Below are positions 34,650 to 41,180 of a stretch of DNA of 41,180 nucleotides, in pieces; within the stretch, counting starts at the first letter, position 1; every line of letters begins with the position of its first letter. The stretch spans positions 1,402-42,581 of the forward strand of contig JAUNCU010000001.1 in the NCBI GenBank assembly GCA_030526455.1, in the 5' to 3' direction. A program made the translations under genes and the position numbers. Under the pieces are notes generated by a model. The model saw only the letters and a list, made by a program, of their open reading frames with translations. It did no database searches and had not been told where the DNA came from. Source of the stretch: Bacteroidales bacterium (GTDB lineage Bacteria > Bacteroidota > Bacteroidia > Bacteroidales > Muribaculaceae).

Positions 34650-34790
34650 ACATCGGTTAGTACCGTGGCTCGAAACCACAACACTGTGGCAGTGCCGAAG
34701 CGCAAGATACAGCAGGGGAGAGAGTGTGCCACACTCAGCGTCTGCTCCAGGATATAAGCCCATCCTTTCTTTCAGCACGAAAACAAAATA
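34650..34790 (+). ncRNA. Candidate structured RNA
   Basis: TATTTTTG at 34641-34648 followed by a GC-rich, hairpin-containing stretch with no convincing ORF. Confidence 0.25.
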
Positions 34791-34900
34791 TAATGCCATA
34801 AATTGATGTGAAACGCAATGTTTTGTGTGTTATTTTTTTACTTTCCTTCTTTATTTTCAAAAGAAAACTGTATCTTTGTGGAAATCAATATTCTTAAAAG

Positions 34901-35134
34901 ATGGCAAATAAAGATCTCAATAGAATCAAGGTGGTTCTTGTCGAGCAGAAGCGCACGGCCAAATGGCTTTCGGAGCAGCTTGGCAAGGATCCTGCCACCG
35001 TGAGCAAATGGTGCACAAATCAGTCGCAGCCCAGCATCGAGACACTTGCAGAAGCCTCCCGGGTCCTCGGTGTGGATGTGAGGGAGTTGCTCGTGCCCAC
35101 TAAGGACGAGCCGAAGTACGTGAGGGTGGAATGA
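34901..35134 (+). CDS. XRE-family HTH regulator (controller-like)
   Basis: LNRIKVVLVEQKRTAKWLSEQLGKDPATVSKWCTNQSQP; -7 box TATCTTTG at 34871-34878. Confidence 0.9.
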   Translation: MANKDLNRIKVVLVEQKRTAKWLSEQLGKDPATVSKWCTNQSQPSIETLAEASRVLGVDVRELLVPTKDEPKYVRVE

Positions 35135-35283
35135 TGATTGCTCGGCAATACGCTTGCACGCTCATCTGTATCCTGCGTTCAGCCTTAGATGTTTTGATAA
35201 GTAGGTGTGAATAAGATGCTTCGACGAGGGATTGCTCAAAGAATTAGAGAAAGGAATAATACAATAATAAAACTATTGCATTT

Positions 35284-38076
35284 ATGGCAAATTATGCTGC
35301 AGGCCAAAGAATAACTGTCAGGGGTGAGGACTTCCTCATCACCAACATTGAGCCTGATGTGAATGGCAACTATCTGTTGCATTGCACCGGTATCAGTGAG
35401 CTTGTGAAAAACCATCACTTCATATTTGATACCGATATCGATAAAGATATAGAGATTGTTAGCCCGGCGAACACTCAGCTGGTGGCCGACAAGGATCCTC
35501 GATGGCGCAGGACAAGGCTTCTTGTCGAAACGGCTATCCGTGGCAACGCTTTCTTCTCACAGAAGATTACCGTGGCCGGAGGCGGTGCTTTCGATATAGC
35601 CGAATACCAGATGGAGCCTACGCTCAAGGCTCTTGAGCTGCCACGCCCACGACTGCTCATCGCCGATGGCGTAGGCCTTGGCAAGACCATCGAGGTGGGC
35701 ATTTTCCTCAGCGAGATGATTCGCCGAGGTAGAGGAAAGCGTATTCTAGTGTGTGCTTTAAAGAGCATTCTTGCCCAGTTTCAGGAAGAAATATGGAACC
35801 GTTTTGCCATACCCCTCGTTCGACTTGATAGCGTGGGGGTAGCCAGGGTTCAAAATAAGATTCCTCTCAACAAAAATCCATTCGACTTTTACGACAAGAC
35901 CATCATCTCTATCGACACGCTGAAGAACAATGGCCGCTTCCGCGCGTGGCTGGAGAAGACGCATTGGGACATCATCGTCATTGACGAGTGCCACAAGGTG
36001 GCCAACGACGCCAGCCTGCGAGGCGACCTTGCTCAATTCCTGGCCCAGAAGTGCGACTCGTTGATTCTCACTTCTGCCACTCCTCACAATGGCAATGCCG
36101 AGTCGTTTGCCAATCTCATGCGCATGCTCGATCCCATCTCCATTCCTCGCAGTGGCGAGTACACGCAGGACGACGTTAAGCCTTACTATGTGCGTCGCTT
36201 CAAGAAGGATATAGAGGACGAGCGCATCCGTGGTCAGTTCCAGAACCGCAAAGTGGTGAGCATACCAGTGGTTCTGCATCCTGAGGAAGAGAGGTTTCTC
36301 CATGTGCAGCATGCCCGCTTCCAGTCGGTCAACAAGGCCGGCAGCACCGACCCGCTCTATGCCTTGTCGCTCTTCAAGAGCTATTTGTCGTCGCCTTATG
36401 CCGCAAAAGCCTCGCTCGAGGAGCGCTGCAAGAAAGACGACAGCACCGAGGTGCGTGATCTTCTCGACTTGGTGAACTCCAATATATCCCTCGGCATCGA
36501 CACCCGTTACGGGGCATTTAAGGCGAAACTCCAGGAGATATGGAAGAAAGACCCAAATGAGCGTATCGTCATCTTCACCGAGCGCATTGCCACCATGAAG
36601 TTCCTCGAGGAGAATATCAAGAAGGAGTTCCGCCTGGGTGATGACCAGGTGAAGCGTTTTGATGGCTCTCTCTCCGATATAGAGCAGGAGGAAATGGTGG
36701 GTGATTTTGCCAAGGAGGACAGCAAGATTCGCGTGTTCATCTCCAGCGACTCGGGCTCGCAGGGTGTCAACCTGCACTACTTCTGCCACACGATGTTCAA
36801 CTACGACATCCCTTGGAGTCTGATCACACTCGAGCAGCGTAACGGGCGTATCGACCGTTATGGCCAGAAGCAGACGCCGGTCATCTATTATCTTGTGGCG
36901 AAGGGACAAGAGGAGGAACTCCGTACCGACTTCCGCATCCTTGACAAGCTGCTTGAGAAAGAGCAGGAGGTGCACGATGTGCTTGGCGATGCCATGAGCG
37001 TGATGGAGCTCTACAACAGCCGGCAGGAGGAAGAATTGGTGGCAGAAGCCCTGCAAAAGGGCGATGAAGACTTCCTGCAGCCTGCCCGCAGGCGCAGGCG
37101 TGGCGGATTCCAGCGCCCCGATGCGGTGAAGCCTACTCCTGCCAAGGAGCATCTCTCCGAAAAAGTGTTCGAGCCCAGGCTTTCGCTCTATCACTCCGAC
37201 GAAGATTTCTACAAGGATCTTTTCAGCGAATTGGAGGCAATCGACTCTATCCGTCGTGGCGATGTGTGCTGGAAAGAAGGCGATGTGCCTTATGTGGAGG
37301 TGAAGAAAAACGACGAACTCACCGATGTGCTGTTCGACATTCCCCGTGAGGCTCTACCTGCCGACAATATCTTCCGCCTCTGTGCCGATAAGCCCACGCT
37401 CAACAAGTCGATAGCCGATTCTCGCAAGAGCAAAGGCGGCGGCTGGAGTAAATTCCTGCCCTTGTATGACCTGCACCCCATCATCCAGTACCTGCTCACC
37501 AAGTTTACTGCTTCGGTGCCAAAGAACCAGGCTTTCGTCGTGAAGGGTGATCAAATTCCTGAGGGCATGAGTTATTTCCTTTTCTATGGCAGCCATGCCA
37601 ATGGGCTGGGCCAGAACCTTATCAGCAAGTTCTTTGTCGTGCCGCTCGACAAGGAGGGCGCCTTGAGGGAAAAACCCATCTCTCTCTTTGAGTTCCTTAA
37701 GCGCTATCATCTCACCGAAGGCTTCCTGCAGGGTGTTCGAGAGGAGGATGTGGCGCTGCTTCAACGCAATTTGGAGAGTGCTATCAACTTTGGTACAGAA
37801 CTTTATATGAAGGAAAAGCAGTCGGGAGTGGCTGCGAAGATGGAAACTCAGCTTTTAGCCTACAGAGAAAAACTCGCCCTCTGGGCCAACAATGCCAAAG
37901 AATCGCTCTTCCAGCCCGATTCCGACGATATCGTGATCACACGTCGTAATCACGACAAGGAAATTGAGGAAATCAAGAAAATCAGCGACCAGTCGAGCCA
38001 GTTCTATCAAGACATGTTCTCGCTCGACGAGGCCGACCCGTATATGCGCCTCTTGGCGGTGTTCTATAATTTCTAA
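35284..38076 (+). CDS. SNF2-family helicase (DrmD-like)
   Basis: [59 protein letters not shown]. Confidence 0.9.
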   Translation: MANYAAGQRITVRGEDFLITNIEPDVNGNYLLHCTGISELVKNHHFIFDTDIDKDIEIVSPANTQLVADKDPRWRRTRLLVETAIRGNAFFSQKITVAGGGAFDIAEYQMEPTLKALELPRPRLLIADGVGLGKTIEVGIFLSEMIRRGRGKRILVCALKSILAQFQEEIWNRFAIPLVRLDSVGVARVQNKIPLNKNPFDFYDKTIISIDTLKNNGRFRAWLEKTHWDIIVIDECHKVANDASLRGDLAQFLAQKCDSLILTSATPHNGNAESFANLMRMLDPISIPRSGEYTQDDVKPYYVRRFKKDIEDERIRGQFQNRKVVSIPVVLHPEEERFLHVQHARFQSVNKAGSTDPLYALSLFKSYLSSPYAAKASLEERCKKDDSTEVRDLLDLVNSNISLGIDTRYGAFKAKLQEIWKKDPNERIVIFTERIATMKFLEENIKKEFRLGDDQVKRFDGSLSDIEQEEMVGDFAKEDSKIRVFISSDSGSQGVNLHYFCHTMFNYDIPWSLITLEQRNGRIDRYGQKQTPVIYYLVAKGQEEELRTDFRILDKLLEKEQEVHDVLGDAMSVMELYNSRQEEELVAEALQKGDEDFLQPARRRRRGGFQRPDAVKPTPAKEHLSEKVFEPRLSLYHSDEDFYKDLFSELEAIDSIRRGDVCWKEGDVPYVEVKKNDELTDVLFDIPREALPADNIFRLCADKPTLNKSIADSRKSKGGGWSKFLPLYDLHPIIQYLLTKFTASVPKNQAFVVKGDQIPEGMSYFLFYGSHANGLGQNLISKFFVVPLDKEGALREKPISLFEFLKRYHLTEGFLQGVREEDVALLQRNLESAINFGTELYMKEKQSGVAAKMETQLLAYREKLALWANNAKESLFQPDSDDIVITRRNHDKEIEEIKKISDQSSQFYQDMFSLDEADPYMRLLAVFYNF

Positions 38077-38097
38077 CCCCGATTACCCAAGCTCATT

Positions 38098-41000
38098 ATG
38101 GCCGACAATATTAAATACCGTTTTATCCAGAATGTGGGTGACTATTTCCCCTCAGGATATTTCAGCGACGACTTCTTCGACAAGGTGCAGAAGTGCGCCG
38201 GTGTTTCGAGCGAAGAAGTGAAGCAAATCTGCGCCCCCTACGTGAGGCTTAAGCAGGAATACTACGACTACAAGAACTTTATCATCAACGACCGGCCGCG
38301 CGTGGAAGATGCCATCAAGAAGACGCACGACTTCCACTCCCGACTGCTCTCTATCCTTGGCTATGAAACTGGCCGTGCCTATCAGGAGCACCTCATCGTC
38401 AATGATGAGTCAACTCCCGTGGAGATGATTCCGGTGCGCCATGTGATTCGCCAGGGGCAGCAGGTGAAGATGCTGGTGATGGAGATGCAGAACCTCATCA
38501 CCATCGACGACAAGGAGCCGGCGGGCCTCTTCGAGCAGCAGTATGAAAGCGAGGCGAGAAGCGGGCAGCAGAAATATGCCGCACGCCAGTGGCGCTACGT
38601 TTTCAACCTCGATGCGGAGAAGTATAAAATCTCTCCTGCCATCATCAACAAGGCCATTACCCACATCTTCCTGCTGGCGGAGGAGCGCCGTCCACACTTC
38701 ATTCTCATGCTGGCGGGCAACACGGTTTTCCTCTTCGACAAAGACAAGTGGGCCAAGGGCAGCTATCTGCAGTTTTCGCTCGACGACCTCTTTGCCCAAG
38801 CCAGTATCGACCAGCGCCACCGCACTCACTATGCGCTCTTCCACATGCTCGTGTCGAAACCCACGCTCGCTGCCGAAGGCGAGATGGTGCTGATGGACAC
38901 GATCATCGAGGAGAGTTACAAGAATGCCTATGAGGTGACCAAGGACCTGAAAGAAGGCGTGATCCTTGCCGTGGAGACCTTGGCCAACGAGGCGCTCTAC
39001 TGGTGGAAGCAAAACGACTGCATCCCCGTGAGCGACTACACCGACGACACCTTCGAGCAGCAGGTGAAGGACGACTGCCTCACCATCATCTACCGCCTGC
39101 TCTTCCTCTTCTATGCCGAGAGCCGCGACGAATTGGAAATCCTCCCCGTAGGCGATGAGGTGTACAAGCTTGGTTACTCTCTGGAGTCGCTCCGCGACCT
39201 GGAGATGGTGCGCCTCAACTCCGATGCCAGCCGAAATGGATACTTTTTCGACGATAGCATCCGCCATCTCTTCTCCCTGCTTTCTGATGGCCATAACGCG
39301 AAGGAGAGCAACGTAGGCAGCAAGAGTTTCAGGGTGCGACCCATCGACTCGCCACTTTTCAACGACAAGAACCTCCACCACCTTGCCAAGGTGCGCATTC
39401 GCAACGTCAAGTGGCAGGAGATTATCTGTGCGCTCTCGCTCTCTAAGAAGAAGAACTACTGTGGCCGTATCAGTTATGCCAACCTGGGCGTGAACCAGTT
39501 GGGTAGCGTGTATGAGTCGCTGCTTGCCTTCCGTGGTTTCTATGCCGAGGAGGACTATATCGAGGTGCATAAGGCTGGAGCGCCTCAGGATGGCACCTTC
39601 CTCGTGCCCTACAGCCGCATGGGTGACTTCGATATCTCAGAAGTACTCTGCGACCAGCAGACTGGCAACCCAATTATCTTGCCCGAGGGCACCTTCGTCT
39701 ATCGTCTGAATGGTCGCGACCGCCAGAAGTCGGCGAGTTATTACACGCCCGAGGTGCTCACGCGCAGTACGGTGAAATACACGCTCAAGTCCATTCTCGA
39801 CGATGTGCGTGCCAATAGGCGCCCGGCCACCGAACTGCTCGAACTGAAGATTCTTGAGCCTGCCATGGGTGCTGCCGCCTTCCAGAATGAGGTCATCAAC
39901 CAGTTGGCTGAGGCCTATCTTGCCGAGCAGCAGCGTCAGCAGCGAGAGAAGGGATTGCGCAACTGGCGCATTCAGCCCGACCACTACCGCGACGAACTGC
40001 AGAAGGTGAAGGCCTACATCGCCACTCACAATGTGTACGGCGTCGACCTTAACCCAACCGCCATCGAACTGGGTAAACTCTCCCTGTGGCTCAACGTAAT
40101 CCACAAGGATATGGAAACGCCCTTCTTTGCCAACCGCCTGGCGGTGGGTAATGCCGTGATAGGTGCATGGCTCAAGGTGTATAGCAAGCAGGATGTGTAT
40201 GCCACCATAGAGCGCTATGGCGCCAAGCCTAAGGCTAGCAAGTGGTGGGAGAAGGCTCCACACAAGGTGAAATTTTTCTCCAACCGCGTGAACCGCTCTG
40301 TCAATGAGGTGTATCACTTCCTCTTGCCCGATGCGGGTATGCTGGGCGTGCGCAGCATTCGCGAGCAGAAGAAGGCGCATCCCGCCGAGGATAAGCGCAT
40401 GGCTGCCGTCCTCAAGGACTGGACCGCGCCCATTCTTGCCGACGACTTCAAGACGCTCCAGCGCATCTCGGCAAAAATCGACGTGCTGCTGAAGGAATAT
40501 TTCACCGACCAGATTTCTATCGACAAATACACCAACAATCGCCGCGAGATATGGGACGGTATCGACCATAGCGCCAGCGAATCCTTGTTCAAGACCGAGG
40601 AGCAGGCCGAGTCCTACGCACGCAAGCAGCAACTCTTCGACACCCGCTACCGCCACGACAACGCCTATCGCAAACTCCGTCTGGCGATGGACTACTGGTG
40701 CGCCCTGTGGTTTTGGGAATACGACGAAGCAGCCAGCCTGCCCACCCGCCAGGAATACTGGGCCGACATCGAAGCCCTCCTCGACGTGGACAACTCCCAA
40801 CTCGACACCCGCACCCGTCAGGCGCTGGAGCGGGCCGGCTCGGCAGCGGTGCAAGAGGATGCACCCGACTATAGCCGCATGACCGAAGACGAGTCGCAAA
40901 TCGTGACCCGCACCCAGGAAGAGATTCTCACCGGCACGCATGCCGCCGTCACCCTCTTCGCCCACGAAGACCCGCTGCGCCTGCGCATAGCCGACCGCCT

Positions 41001-41180
41001 CGCCAAGCGCTACCACTTCTTCCACCCGATGCTGGAGTTCATCGAGGTGTTCTGGCTGAGGGATGGCTTTGATATTATTTGTGGTAATCCACCATGGCTG
41101 AAGCTAGAGTTTGACGAGCAGGGTATTCTCTCTGAGAAGTACCCCGAGGTGGCTATCCGTAAGGTGTCGGCTCCCGATGC
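38098..41180 (+). CDS. Large gamma-class N6-adenine DNA methyltransferase (DrmMI/type IIG-like), truncated by the window end
   Basis: Manual translation from ATG 38098 (MADNIKYRFIQNVGDYF): IYRLLFLFYAE, LGSVYESLL, RQKSASYYTP, motif I ILEPAMGAAAF, YGVDLNP, motif IV FDIICGNPPW; missing from the ORF track because it has no stop in the window. Confidence 0.9.
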   Translation, partial: MADNIKYRFIQNVGDYFPSGYFSDDFFDKVQKCAGVSSEEVKQICAPYVRLKQEYYDYKNFIINDRPRVEDAIKKTHDFHSRLLSILGYETGRAYQEHLIVNDESTPVEMIPVRHVIRQGQQVKMLVMEMQNLITIDDKEPAGLFEQQYESEARSGQQKYAARQWRYVFNLDAEKYKISPAIINKAITHIFLLAEERRPHFILMLAGNTVFLFDKDKWAKGSYLQFSLDDLFAQASIDQRHRTHYALFHMLVSKPTLAAEGEMVLMDTIIEESYKNAYEVTKDLKEGVILAVETLANEALYWWKQNDCIPVSDYTDDTFEQQVKDDCLTIIYRLLFLFYAESRDELEILPVGDEVYKLGYSLESLRDLEMVRLNSDASRNGYFFDDSIRHLFSLLSDGHNAKESNVGSKSFRVRPIDSPLFNDKNLHHLAKVRIRNVKWQEIICALSLSKKKNYCGRISYANLGVNQLGSVYESLLAFRGFYAEEDYIEVHKAGAPQDGTFLVPYSRMGDFDISEVLCDQQTGNPIILPEGTFVYRLNGRDRQKSASYYTPEVLTRSTVKYTLKSILDDVRANRRPATELLELKILEPAMGAAAFQNEVINQLAEAYLAEQQRQQREKGLRNWRIQPDHYRDELQKVKAYIATHNVYGVDLNPTAIELGKLSLWLNVIHKDMETPFFANRLAVGNAVIGAWLKVYSKQDVYATIERYGAKPKASKWWEKAPHKVKFFSNRVNRSVNEVYHFLLPDAGMLGVRSIREQKKAHPAEDKRMAAVLKDWTAPILADDFKTLQRISAKIDVLLKEYFTDQISIDKYTNNRREIWDGIDHSASESLFKTEEQAESYARKQQLFDTRYRHDNAYRKLRLAMDYWCALWFWEYDEAASLPTRQEYWADIEALLDVDNSQLDTRTRQALERAGSAAVQEDAPDYSRMTEDESQIVTRTQEEILTGTHAAVTLFAHEDPLRLRIADRLAKRYHFFHPMLEFIEVFWLRDGFDIICGNPPWLKLEFDEQGILSEKYPEVAIRKVSAPD

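Overview
Bacteroidales-type chromosomal window (repeated TAnnTTTG -7 promoter boxes; Prevotella/Muribaculaceae-like gene families), mostly on the minus strand. Housekeeping and stress genes (RmlD-like SDR, flavodoxin, glyoxalase, exonuclease, sbcCD, SPOR, GNAT, flavin enzymes) alternate with many conflict-type modules: a class III Fic, an orphan HicB-like antitoxin, an amidase plus a unimolecular-spanin-like lipoprotein, an AT-rich two-gene island (SNF2/RapA-like helicase plus an actin/Hsp70-fold ATPase lacking a substrate-binding domain), a putative operon (retropepsin, M20/M28 peptidase, three unknown tandem paralogues, MoxR-like AAA, DUF2201-vWA), a WYL-rtcB divergon with a very acidic partner, HipBST, an AbiE-like wHTH/nucleotidyltransferase pair, and the start of a DISARM-like SNF2/N6-methyltransferase locus cut by the window end. 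Non-coding structure: three copies of a 213-232 bp element with terminal inverted repeats, an array of three ~39 bp palindromes upstream of sbcD, twin hairpins upstream of fic, several operator-like repeats and a candidate structured RNA. The best candidates for an undescribed system are the SNF2 + actin-fold ATPase island (12312-16847) and the paralogue/AAA/vWA operon (17198-24389). All calls come from reading motifs by eye; no searches were run.
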